In this document: positions 10,227 through 19,511 of the stretch, in pieces | Position numbering within the stretch: the first letter of the stretch is position 1 | How the letters are laid out: each line of letters starts with the position of its first letter | DNA from: a virus | Length of the DNA: 64,000 bases | Virus record (IMG/VR): IMGVR_UViG_3300002026_000020 | Strand: one strand, 5' to 3' | Notes under the pieces: model-generated | What the model was told of the DNA's origin: nothing | Databases searched by the model: none | The model's input: the letters and a program-made list of their open reading frames with translations, nothing else | Translations under genes and position numbers: made by a program

Positions 10227-10685
10227 TCAGTCGTCAATAGTTATCTGATTCAACACGTTGAATTTCTCAAGCTCGTGGTTTATTCTCTCTTGGTTCTTTA
10301 TCAACTTATCCTTCAACGTCGAATGCTTTTTCTCACGCTGAATAACCTGAAGGAATGCGTTGTATATGATAGTCGTACAGTAAGCAAATGCATTCATCTT
10401 CTTATTGTTCTTAGCGGCATATTCGGGGTTGAACGACGGTGCATACTTCAACAGGAACAGCTTTGCCTGTGACTTCATCTCATCAAGATAAGTATAGTTC
10501 TTGAATGACAATGAGGTAGCGTATCTATCAACATGGATGGTAAACAACTCACCAAGACGCTCGGTAGCTTTACCCGTCTTCTTATACTTGATAAGCTCCG
10601 CAGTATACTCATCCTTGTCAATATAATACCTTGACAGGTCTGCAACTGGATTGCGCTTGCGGATGGTTCTCTTTTTATTTTCCAT
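10227..10685 (-). CDS. 55: gp55 late sigma factor
   Basis: FKNYTYLDEM..FNPE..NAFAYCTTIIYNAFLQVIQREKK; many TATAAATA promoters in the window. Confidence 0.9.
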   Translation of the reverse strand: MENKKRTIRKRNPVADLSRYYIDKDEYTAELIKYKKTGKATERLGELFTIHVDRYATSLSFKNYTYLDEMKSQAKLFLLKYAPSFNPEYAAKNNKKMNAFAYCTTIIYNAFLQVIQREKKHSTLKDKLIKNQERINHELEKFNVLNQITIDD

Positions 10686-10758
10686 AATGCTCCTTTAGAT
10701 AATAACGCCTTATACTATAATCATTATATAAGTAATTATTATAAATCTTAGGAGTAAC

Positions 10759-11805
10759 ATGAGCAAGCCAGAAGCAAAGTCTGTAATCTTATATCCTTCC
10801 GATAAAAACGGATGTGGATTTTACAGAACATTCATACCATTTAGGTATATGAGTGTAAAATACCCCGAATACCACGTTTCGGAGTTCTACGCGTATCACT
10901 TCGACTTGAACTATGTTAGACGAGCAGCTTATATCCGCTTCCAGCGTCAAGTAACCAAGAAGCAGGCTCAACTTATTCAGCAGTATCAGTTCCAGATAAA
11001 GAAATGCGGTTCACCAGCCAAGCTGGTGTACGAGCTTGATGACCTTGTTCACGGAATCATGCCCAATAACATATTAGCTTATCAGTTTTACACCCCGTCG
11101 AGAAAGAACAACCTCATTGATATATTCAGGATGGTTGATACTGTGACCTTCTCTACGCAGTTCCTCAAGCATTTCTACGAAGATAAGTATGGCATAAAGA
11201 ATTCGGTTGTCATACCAAATTACCTTCCTAAATATCTGTGGGGTCAGTGTGGTAAGCGTGACAAGCGTAATAAAGACAAGAGAGGTCGCCCTCGTGTTCT
11301 TTGGGCTGGTAGCGCCTCGCATTTGGGCAAGGGCGGCGACTTAGAGTTCCTTATGCCTCTCATCAAGAGAACCCTGAATGATATTCAGTGGGTATTCTTT
11401 GGTGTTCAGCCGCCAGAACTAAAAGGTATGGTTGAGTTCCACGATTGGGCTAATGTATATGACTATGCTGGAGCTTTGGATAAGATTGACGCTGACATAG
11501 CATTGGCTCCAATCGCTGACAACGAATTCAATCTCGGAAAGTCAGACCTCAAGATTCTGGAATACTCGGCTCTCGGGCTTCCTGTAATAGCTTCAACCAT
11601 CGGAAGTAAGGCTGGTCCGTATGACTTGATAGATGGTATAAAGACGCTTGAGAATAATCCCGACCTATGGTATAACGCCATTATGGAATTATATAAAGAT
11701 CAGAACCTACAAAATAAACTTGTAGAGGCTGGTAGAAATGAACTCAATGAGCGTTGGTTGGAAGACGAGAATAATATCGGTCTATATAGAAAGGTTTACG
11801 CATGA
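10759..11805 (+). CDS. GT-B (GT4-like) glycosyltransferase
   Basis: GCGFYR, YELDD, WAGSASH, APIADNEFNLGKSDLKILEY. Confidence 0.8.
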   Translation: MSKPEAKSVILYPSDKNGCGFYRTFIPFRYMSVKYPEYHVSEFYAYHFDLNYVRRAAYIRFQRQVTKKQAQLIQQYQFQIKKCGSPAKLVYELDDLVHGIMPNNILAYQFYTPSRKNNLIDIFRMVDTVTFSTQFLKHFYEDKYGIKNSVVIPNYLPKYLWGQCGKRDKRNKDKRGRPRVLWAGSASHLGKGGDLEFLMPLIKRTLNDIQWVFFGVQPPELKGMVEFHDWANVYDYAGALDKIDADIALAPIADNEFNLGKSDLKILEYSALGLPVIASTIGSKAGPYDLIDGIKTLENNPDLWYNAIMELYKDQNLQNKLVEAGRNELNERWLEDENNIGLYRKVYA

Positions 11806-11996
11806 CTGAACTAAAAAAGAATCTTATAGAGGCTTACGACAATCTTGATAATCTTAGAGAGCTTCTTGAGTTTGAAAATACAAACGGCAGCAAGGAGAAG
11901 CACCTAAAACTTCTTGACGATGCTCGGGATGCTCTTAATAGATATCTTTCCGCTGTCGAGAAATTTGACAGAACCGGTAGTAAAAAGACTAATTGA
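11802..11996 (+). CDS. Small hypothetical protein
   Basis: ATGA overlap with the upstream gene; helical composition. Confidence 0.55.
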   Translation: MTELKKNLIEAYDNLDNLRELLEFENTNGSKEKHLKLLDDARDALNRYLSAVEKFDRTGSKKTN

Positions 11997-12064
11997 TTTA
12001 GTATTTATAGAATACCCGTATTGATTTACGGCGAGACTCTGGTATAACTAAGCCAGAGGTATAA

Positions 12065-14812
12065 ATGTATTCAAGCCTATATTTTTCTCCCAAGGAATCT
12101 GAGATTTACTGCTGGGAGTATGAGAACGGAGTCAAGGTGCTAAACAAGCACCCTGCTCCTTTGTTCTTTTATGTCAAGGATACAAACAGCAAAGACACTG
12201 AATACAAGACCATATACGGCGACCCTGCTAAGAAGGTCGAAGTATCTTCGTGGAAGAAGTACAAGGATGCCATTGAGAGATACCGTGAGTGGGGCACGCA
12301 GACCTTCGAATCTGACGTAGCTGTTGAAACCAAGTTCATCATTTCCAACTACCTTGGGCTTGAGCTAACCGTTCCCAAGTTTGACATTCATTTCCTTGAC
12401 ATTGAGGTTCACTCTGACGTTGGGTTTCCTCGCCCTGAAGAAGCCAACCATCCTATAACCATCATAACTACATGGTCAACCAAACACGAAAAGTTCTTTA
12501 TCTTCTGTGAGAAGGATTTTGACGAATCGTTCATCACTAAGAACGGTGAGAAGTGCGAGAAGTTTGTATTTCCTAATGAGGAAGACCTACTTCGTGAGTA
12601 TATGGCATGGGTTCGCAACGAGCATCCCGACATTATCTCGGGTTGGAACTCAAACGGGTATGACATTCCATATATCATTAACCGGGCGAGAAAGCTATTT
12701 GGATACACTGAGAATGAGAGAGGTTACACTGAAGAAGATGGCGCAGCAGCCTTGTCACCAATCAACATCATCAGAACCCGCAAGATTCCCGTTGATGAAT
12801 TCAATTTCGACATCAAGTATGAAATAGCTGGAATCAACCTCCTTGACTACATGGAAGTATTTCAGAACTACACGTTCTCGGAACAGGAATCGTGGAAGCT
12901 TGGTCATATTGCTGGTCTTGAGTTAGGTGAAACGAAACTTGAATATGACGGCTCGTTTGCCGACCTATATAAAGATTGGCAGAAGTATGTGGAATATAAC
13001 GTGCAAGACGTTCGTCTTCTTCGTAAGTTGGATGCCAAGAAGAAGTTCCTCAAGCTTCTCATAACCTTCTGTTATGGCTGCCGTGTTCCATTCGAACACT
13101 ACGTTAAGACCACTAAGGTTCTCGACGGTGCGTTCCTGTCTAAGCTGGCTCTGGAGAAGGTTGTTCTTCCAGACGTAAACCGTAAGCTTATCGAAGAGAT
13201 GAAGATAAAGAACGAGAAGTATATTGGCGGATATGTCAAGCAGCCCGAAGCCGCTCTTCACGAGTGGACGGAATCGTTCGACGCAACCTCGCTTTATCCT
13301 TCTATCATGATGGGTTGGAATATCTCACCAGAAACAAAGATATGTGTCGTTGACAAGAAGTTTGTCAAGCCAATTGCCAAGTGTCTCGCTGGTGCTGTCG
13401 AGAATACTGATGAAATATTCATCATGAAGCAGCGTATGACCATATCAGACTTGGCTGGTCTTATAAAGGAGAAGAATTGGTGTATGGCTGCCAACGGTGC
13501 CATATACAAGACCGATGTTCAGGGTGTTATTGGGCGTTTCGTAAAGGAATGGTTCAATATGCGTAAGGCTTATAAGAAGAAGATGTTGAAAGCCAAGGAT
13601 GACCACGATGAAGTCATGGCTTCCGAATATGACGGTCTTCAGCACAACTATAAGATTCTTATCAACTCGGTTTACGGATACCTTGGAACACCACACTCTC
13701 GTCTATTCGATTGGGATAACGCAATCGCAGTAACCATGACGGGTAGAGCAATCACCACAACCTGTATTTCGGCTATCGACGGTTATTTCTCGTCGGATGC
13801 TTGGGTAAACAACACCAAGTTCCGCAATGAAGAGAAGCAGTCTAACACTCCGATTGACAACACCATCATATATGGTGACACTGACTCTCTGTATATCTCA
13901 TTCGGTAGAATCCTGAAGTCTTATGGGTTCAATTATGAGACTATGGATCCCGAAGTCGTAAAGAACTACTTGATATTCGGTGTTCAGAAGAACAATGCTG
14001 ACTTCTACGATAAGCTCTCTAAGGATGATCGTGAGAAGCTTGAGGATAGTGCCGATTCTATTCAGAACTTCGTTGCAAACATAATCAACAATGCCATGAA
14101 GTCATTGACTCTCAAACATTTCAACTGCCCCGAGAATCTTATATACTTCAAGCGTGAAGCTGTTGCATCCAGAGCAGTATTCCTTGAGGCTAAGAAGCAT
14201 TATGTAATGTGGGTTCTCAATACCGAAGGAGTTGAGTTGGAAGAAAAGAAGCGACTCAAGGTTGTCGGTATTGACATCGTGCGTTCGTCAACTCCACCAC
14301 TGGTTCGTAAGGAACTCAAGGAAGTCATCAAGAACATTCTCGTGAAGCTTGACCGTGACCATACGGTTGGTGAGTTGACGAAGATGTATGACAAGTTCCT
14401 CGCAGCCAAGCCCGAAGAAATAGCCTTCCCATCATCCGTTCGTGATATAAAGAAGTATGTTCAGAAGTTGAAGGAAGACGGTAAGTTCAAGTCAACACCG
14501 ATGCACGTTAGAGCGGCTATTCTTTACAATCAGATGCTTGAAGAGAATCCAACGCTGAAGCGCAAATATGACCTCATCCATAATGGTGAGAAGATGAAGT
14601 ATGTATATACAAAGACTTCCGATAAGTGGAAGCACAACATATTCGGATTCAAGGATGCATGGGTCAAGGAGCTTGGAGTTGAAGACAACATCAATCGTCG
14701 TGAGCAGTTCCATCGTGCCGCCATCAGTCCAGTTGAAGACTTCTTCAATATTCTCGGATGGAGTCTGCCCGACTTGGATTGCCACGATATGAAGGGCATC
14801 TTCAACTGGTAA
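12065..14812 (+). CDS. 43: Family B DNA polymerase (gp43)
   Basis: Exo DIE, GWNSNGYD, YNVQD; Pol DATSLYPS, KILINSVYG, YGDTDS. Confidence 0.97.
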   Translation: MYSSLYFSPKESEIYCWEYENGVKVLNKHPAPLFFYVKDTNSKDTEYKTIYGDPAKKVEVSSWKKYKDAIERYREWGTQTFESDVAVETKFIISNYLGLELTVPKFDIHFLDIEVHSDVGFPRPEEANHPITIITTWSTKHEKFFIFCEKDFDESFITKNGEKCEKFVFPNEEDLLREYMAWVRNEHPDIISGWNSNGYDIPYIINRARKLFGYTENERGYTEEDGAAALSPINIIRTRKIPVDEFNFDIKYEIAGINLLDYMEVFQNYTFSEQESWKLGHIAGLELGETKLEYDGSFADLYKDWQKYVEYNVQDVRLLRKLDAKKKFLKLLITFCYGCRVPFEHYVKTTKVLDGAFLSKLALEKVVLPDVNRKLIEEMKIKNEKYIGGYVKQPEAALHEWTESFDATSLYPSIMMGWNISPETKICVVDKKFVKPIAKCLAGAVENTDEIFIMKQRMTISDLAGLIKEKNWCMAANGAIYKTDVQGVIGRFVKEWFNMRKAYKKKMLKAKDDHDEVMASEYDGLQHNYKILINSVYGYLGTPHSRLFDWDNAIAVTMTGRAITTTCISAIDGYFSSDAWVNNTKFRNEEKQSNTPIDNTIIYGDTDSLYISFGRILKSYGFNYETMDPEVVKNYLIFGVQKNNADFYDKLSKDDREKLEDSADSIQNFVANIINNAMKSLTLKHFNCPENLIYFKREAVASRAVFLEAKKHYVMWVLNTEGVELEEKKRLKVVGIDIVRSSTPPLVRKELKEVIKNILVKLDRDHTVGELTKMYDKFLAAKPEEIAFPSSVRDIKKYVQKLKEDGKFKSTPMHVRAAILYNQMLEENPTLKRKYDLIHNGEKMKYVYTKTSDKWKHNIFGFKDAWVKELGVEDNINRREQFHRAAISPVEDFFNILGWSLPDLDCHDMKGIFNW

Positions 14813-14950
14813 AAAGTGGAGATATGTCGAAACAACTATCTTTTTAGTCTCTACGTCTCTTGTGAGCCAGGGCGTGCTGTCAGAGTGTAACTTGGATAAT
14901 CTCAAAGCCCCTTCGCAGTATTCTACGACTGGAACACAACATATCTCCTT
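14812..14950 (-). ncRNA. Candidate late small RNA in the gp43-uvsX spacer
   Basis: Minus-strand TATAAATA (14954-14961); 10-bp perfect closing stem (14818-14827/14939-14948); 3' U-tract. Confidence 0.4.
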
Positions 14951-15020
14951 TCCTATTTATAAAGGTATTGTAGTATTTCAGAACCTCGTAAAATAATCCA
15001 TATACAAACAGGAGATACAC

Positions 15021-16166
15021 ATGGCTAAGAGCAAAAAAGAAACTGAACAGAAGAAGGTAGACATTCGCAACCTCTTCAAGACCTACGCATCAAACACGAA
15101 GGGGTCAAGACTTGAAATGTTTGACGAGGCGCAGCTTCCTAATGTGGAAGACTTTATATCAACTGGATGTTACGCACTCAATAAGATTCTCTCTGGATCC
15201 TACAACAAGGGTATAGCTCACGGTCGCCTTACAGGTGTCGTTGGTCTTCCCGGCGTTGGTAAGACATATGTTTGTAAGAATGTCATTAGAGAAGCCCAAA
15301 AGCAAGGATATGGTGTCATCATATATGATACCGAGAACGCCTACTCTAAGGATGATTTGGAACGTTCTGGAATCGACGCTTCGCAAGTAGCATATCCAGC
15401 CGTTACAACCATCAATGAGTGGAAGACTGACATAGCAAATATGCTTCCAGCACTTCACGCTGATAATCCTGACCAGAAGTGGCTTGTAGTTACTGACTCG
15501 CTTGCCAACCTTCTCACTGAAAAGGAAATTGCCGACACGGAAGAAGGCGGAACCGCCCAAGACATGGGATTGAGAGCCAAGCAGTATTCGGCAGCCTCCA
15601 GAATTCTTCAGAAGGTCATAGCAAACAATAACGCTGCTATGCTTATAACAAATCACTCATATGAGAAGCCTGCACAGAATCCTAACGTGCCACCTGTAGA
15701 AATTCCAAAGGGTGGAAACGGGTTTATCTATATGGTATCGTACATGGTAGGTATCAAGAAATATGCTGTTAAGGATGAGCAGAAGAATGTTGTTGATAAC
15801 AGCACCGAAAAGGTAAAGGTAGGAAACCGCATGGTGTTCACAACCATGAAGAACCGTTTCGTTCCTGAAGGTATGACCGCTGAAGCGTTCATCAACTTCC
15901 GTGAGGGTCTTCTTCCTTACCAGGGTCTTCTTGAAGATGCCGTCAAGTATGGCTTCATCGAAAAGGCTGGTCCTCGTTGGGATATCAAGCACCTGAACAA
16001 GACAGTCTGGACGAAGGATCTTTACACAGATGAAATCTGGCTTCCAATACTTCCAGAAATGGATAAGAAGTCAAGTGAAGATAGTCAGTATTCGTCGTAT
16101 GGTGACGAAGCAATGAAGGCGATGGGTGACGATGCAACCGATAAGGAGGAAGCCAAGGTTGACTAA
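15021..16166 (+). CDS. uvsX: UvsX RecA-like recombinase
   Basis: ISTGCYALN, GLPGVGKT, YDTENA, DSL, DMGLRAK, KNRF. Confidence 0.93.
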   Translation: MAKSKKETEQKKVDIRNLFKTYASNTKGSRLEMFDEAQLPNVEDFISTGCYALNKILSGSYNKGIAHGRLTGVVGLPGVGKTYVCKNVIREAQKQGYGVIIYDTENAYSKDDLERSGIDASQVAYPAVTTINEWKTDIANMLPALHADNPDQKWLVVTDSLANLLTEKEIADTEEGGTAQDMGLRAKQYSAASRILQKVIANNNAAMLITNHSYEKPAQNPNVPPVEIPKGGNGFIYMVSYMVGIKKYAVKDEQKNVVDNSTEKVKVGNRMVFTTMKNRFVPEGMTAEAFINFREGLLPYQGLLEDAVKYGFIEKAGPRWDIKHLNKTVWTKDLYTDEIWLPILPEMDKKSSEDSQYSSYGDEAMKAMGDDATDKEEAKVD

Positions 16167-16205
16167 TTTCCGAATGTCACTAAAATAAACAAAGATAAGG
16201 AAATT

Positions 16206-17600
16206 ATGTCAGACAAAACCGAGCTTTATATTCTGAACGCTATTCTTAGCGATCCGAATTTTGCAAATAAGTATCTTGATAAGTTGGAGGCGAAGTTCTT
16301 CGACGCTCCAACTGCAAGAGTCATCCAATGCTGCAAGAAGTTTTATCTTGTATATCATAGAACACCAACAACGGAGCAGCTTGTCAAGACTCTGCTTCCG
16401 AAGTTGGTGAAGGAAGACACTGTAAAGTTGGAAGAGTCTATTGATTCCATTCAGGAGTGTCGCCAGCTTGAAATGAAGGAAGACTCTGCACAGTGGATTG
16501 AAGACGAAGTAAAGTCTTTCGTCAAGATGCAGAGAATCAAGAACGCTCTTATGGGATGTATTGAGCTTCTTGATAAGGGCGACCCTGACGCCGCAGCAAA
16601 TCTCGTCTTGAAGGCAAGTGAAATCCACTTTGATGAAGACCTTGGTCTTGACTACTTCGAAGACCTTGAACAGCGTATGCACGAGTTACGCAATCCAGCC
16701 CAGGTTATACCTACAGGTCACGAAAAGCTTGACTTGGCTATTGGTGGAGGCTGGCGTCCAAAGTCACTTATCATATTCGGAGCAGCTACAAACGTCGGTA
16801 AGACCCTTATTCTTGGTCATACAGCGTTCAAGCTCATAGAACAGGGCATGGATGGGTTATATGTGACCCTTGAAATCAACCAGAACATCCTTGCTAATAG
16901 AATTGACGCCAACCTTTCCGATATATCCATGGGTGATCTTTCCAGTAATGTTGACGAGTTGATGGGAAGAATCCTTCAGAAGAAGAAGGAACGTGAACAG
17001 ATGAGTAAGGAAGATCCAGGCGTAAAGCCGTTTGGAAGACTTATCATCAAGGAATGCCCTCCAGGCTATCTGAATGCTAACGGATTGAATGCTCTTCTCA
17101 AGGAGCTTCAGTTGAAGCGTGGATTCCGCCCTAAGTTCATTTGTGTTGACTATATTGGTCTTATGGTTCCGAATGGCAAGGCATTCTCAGACAACTCCTA
17201 CGGTAAGATGAAGACCATCACCGAAGAGTTGCGAGCAGTCGGTGTTATAAACAACATTCCTATCTTCTCAGCAGTTCAGGTAAACCGTGAAGGCTACAAT
17301 ACCACTCATATCGGTATTGAAAAGACTTCCGACTCCATGGGTATCGCTCATGGTGCTGATTTGATGATAATGGTTAGCCGTGATGAAGGCGGCGATCAAG
17401 AAAACAAGATGTACTGGAACGTAGCGAAGTCACGCTGGTCGAGAAACGGTCAGAGCTTCATTATGTCAGTAGATTATGACCACATGAGGTTAGTCGATGA
17501 AGAACAATCAACAAACGAGGCGCAGACGAAATCTGTTCTAAATGCTATCAATGAGTATAAAGACAGGGCGGCTGCTCAACCCAAGGGGAACAAGCCATGA
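16206..17600 (+). CDS. 41: gp41 DnaB-like replicative helicase
   Basis: ATNVGKT, YVTLE, VDYIGLM, AVQVNREG, SDSMG, KSR. Confidence 0.93.
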   Translation: MSDKTELYILNAILSDPNFANKYLDKLEAKFFDAPTARVIQCCKKFYLVYHRTPTTEQLVKTLLPKLVKEDTVKLEESIDSIQECRQLEMKEDSAQWIEDEVKSFVKMQRIKNALMGCIELLDKGDPDAAANLVLKASEIHFDEDLGLDYFEDLEQRMHELRNPAQVIPTGHEKLDLAIGGGWRPKSLIIFGAATNVGKTLILGHTAFKLIEQGMDGLYVTLEINQNILANRIDANLSDISMGDLSSNVDELMGRILQKKKEREQMSKEDPGVKPFGRLIIKECPPGYLNANGLNALLKELQLKRGFRPKFICVDYIGLMVPNGKAFSDNSYGKMKTITEELRAVGVINNIPIFSAVQVNREGYNTTHIGIEKTSDSMGIAHGADLMIMVSRDEGGDQENKMYWNVAKSRWSRNGQSFIMSVDYDHMRLVDEEQSTNEAQTKSVLNAINEYKDRAAAQPKGNKP

Positions 17601-17872
17601 GAGTAGCAAAGCCAGATCAACTCACATACGAAGAGATAGCAACGCTTTATAACATATCACCAAATAAAGTTCATGCCATTGTCAAGTCAGGTTACAACAA
17701 GATGGTAAATCATTGTGTAACTAAGCTCAACATGAATATATTTGATGCTGTCATGGCGCTTCGCAAGCAAATGAATATGTCAGAAAAGGAAGCGTTTGAT
17801 AAACTGGATGATGAGAATAAAATAAAGATCAAAGAAGAAGCATTCCACCGCATGCGAGAGAAAGAGGGCTAA
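17597..17872 (+). CDS. Small HTH protein (sigma region 4-like)
   Basis: LTYEEIATLYNISPNKVHAIVKSG resembles the sigma-4 HTH. Confidence 0.55.
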   Translation: MRVAKPDQLTYEEIATLYNISPNKVHAIVKSGYNKMVNHCVTKLNMNIFDAVMALRKQMNMSEKEAFDKLDDENKIKIKEEAFHRMREKEG

Positions 17873-17876
17873 TATG
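17796..17876 (+). repeat. Imperfect direct repeat, copy 1
   Basis: ttgataaact...aataaagatcaaagaag(aag)cattccacc..gcgagagaaagagggct.atatg also present at 18541-18618. Confidence 0.85.
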
Positions 17877-18536
17877 GTGAACGACAGCCATTTAAAAAAT
17901 AGAGTGGCAGTATGTATGTCAGGTCAGCCGAGATTTGTAAAAGAATGCCAAGAAACAATAAAAAAGAATCTTATAGAAAAATACAAAGCGGATGTCTATA
18001 TTCACTCGTGGGATTACTCTGATATCATAGGTCAACCGTTTAACATTAAATATCCAGACAGGGGAATTGTCGAGTCTAATTTTAAAGAAAGTTTGATGCT
18101 TTATAATCCTGTCAAAATACAGTTAGAAAAACCTATATTCGATAGTGCAGATTGGCTAAGTGGTGTAAAAAGTATGTTTTATAGCTTTCATAAATCTATA
18201 GAGTTGGTAGATACTGAAAAATATGATTGTATAGTAAAAATTAGAAGCGATAATTTATTGTATAATTGTGTTATAGATTTTGATTATTTGGATTATTTTA
18301 ATACGACTGATTTTAGAGGCAAGTATTATTGTAAAGATATAATTTTTTATAGTAGCGGTAAAAATATGAAAAGGATATCTGAAATATATAGAGATTTTGA
18401 TTTTTTATTTAACAGTCTACCTCAAGATGACAGAATGAACGAGACATTGATCGGTAAAAAGTTGGAAATATGTAATATTCCCGTTAGAACTTCGTTGTTA
18501 CATTATGACATGTTTAGAATGGTAAAAAATAAATAA
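17874..18536 (+). CDS. AT-rich putative glycosyltransferase-like protein
   Basis: VAVCMSGQPR..DVYIHSW..SMFYS..YDCIVKIRSD motif typical of uncharacterised GT-like proteins in viral glycan clusters. Confidence 0.6.
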   Translation: MVNDSHLKNRVAVCMSGQPRFVKECQETIKKNLIEKYKADVYIHSWDYSDIIGQPFNIKYPDRGIVESNFKESLMLYNPVKIQLEKPIFDSADWLSGVKSMFYSFHKSIELVDTEKYDCIVKIRSDNLLYNCVIDFDYLDYFNTTDFRGKYYCKDIIFYSSGKNMKRISEIYRDFDFLFNSLPQDDRMNETLIGKKLEICNIPVRTSLLHYDMFRMVKNK

Positions 18537-18540
18537 ACCA

Positions 18541-18618
18541 TTGATAAACTTATTGATACTGATAAAATAAAGATCAAAGAAGCATTCCACCACAAGCGAG
18601 AGAAAGAGGGCTGATATG
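18541..18618 (+). repeat. Imperfect direct repeat, copy 2
   Basis: Duplicate of 17796-17876. Confidence 0.85.
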
Positions 18619-18990
18619 TCACAATACTCATGGGAATATCCAAGTGCCGCCGATACAACTCCGGAGGCTCCTAAGTGGGAAAATGAAAAGTTTAGAACTC
18701 TATTGACAGTGGTGAACGCTGCATCAAAGTCTTTAGACACTTCGAACTACAAGATAGTAGCTTCCGCCGCTGTTGTATGCGCCCTCCAGTCTATAGAAGA
18801 TTTTGTTATGAATAAGAAGGTTAGAACTCTATCAGACGGCAAGCAATCAGTTGGGCGGATAGGTAAGTATAAGGTTATAAGAGATATAACTGCTATAAAG
18901 GATTACCTACAAGTATATCGTGGAAACAAGATGGTGGAAGTTGAAATAAAAAACCTAAGTTACTCATCCGTTGGAGGAATGTTCAAATGA
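18616..18990 (+). CDS. Small protein resembling an internal segment of major capsid protein gp23
   Basis: KWENEKFRTLL / KIVASAAVVCAL / GRIGKYKVIRD..KDYLQV parallel, in order, gp23 motifs recalled as RWAGESFKALL / FIIASRNVV / GGKYRVYID..QDYFTV. Confidence 0.5.
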   Translation: MSQYSWEYPSAADTTPEAPKWENEKFRTLLTVVNAASKSLDTSNYKIVASAAVVCALQSIEDFVMNKKVRTLSDGKQSVGRIGKYKVIRDITAIKDYLQVYRGNKMVEVEIKNLSYSSVGGMFK

Positions 18991-19373
18991 AACCCACAGA
19001 CTACATCAAAAAAGCTATCCGCACCGAAGTCGGTGAATACCAGTTCGCTATTCTCAAGTCTGAGAAGCATTGGGTTCCGCCCCGTGTAGAACATGCAGCC
19101 ATGGGACTCGTTACTGAGGCTGGTGAGGTTATGGATGCGCTCAAGAAGACCAAGATTTACGGCAAGCCGTTTGATGCCGTCAATATGAAGGAAGAAATCG
19201 GAGATGTGTTCTGGTATCTTGCCATCATGTGTGACGAACTTGGCATTTCATTTGAGGAAGTTTGGGAGAAGAATATAGCCAAGCTCGCCAAGCGTTACCC
19301 TGAGAAGTTCACGGAAGAACTAGCCCTAAACAGAGACACTGACGGTGAGCGCAAGGTGCTTGAGGGAAAGTAA
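18987..19373 (+). CDS. MazG-like nucleotide pyrophosphohydrolase
   Basis: GLVTEAGEVMD..KEEIGDVFWY..NIAKLAKRYP. Confidence 0.88.
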   Translation: MKPTDYIKKAIRTEVGEYQFAILKSEKHWVPPRVEHAAMGLVTEAGEVMDALKKTKIYGKPFDAVNMKEEIGDVFWYLAIMCDELGISFEEVWEKNIAKLAKRYPEKFTEELALNRDTDGERKVLEGK

Positions 19374-19379
19374 ACCGTA

Positions 19380-19387
19380 TATAAATA
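19380..19387 (+). promoter_or_regulatory. T4-type late promoter TATAAATA upstream of gp32
   Basis: Exact TATAAATA. Other copies: + at 37427, 44797, 54212, 57341, 58927, 60077, 62914; - at 678, 1972, 14954, 22823, 37423, 44757. Confidence 0.75.
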
Positions 19388-19511
19388 CATTCGTTGGGCG
19401 GGTGTTCCGCTCATCATAAGTATCTTAGAAGAAACCTATAAGCGGCGATTCTGCCGATTGAAAAACTAGAAGAACCTAAGATAATCACAAGAAGAAATAA
19501 GGAGACATCCT

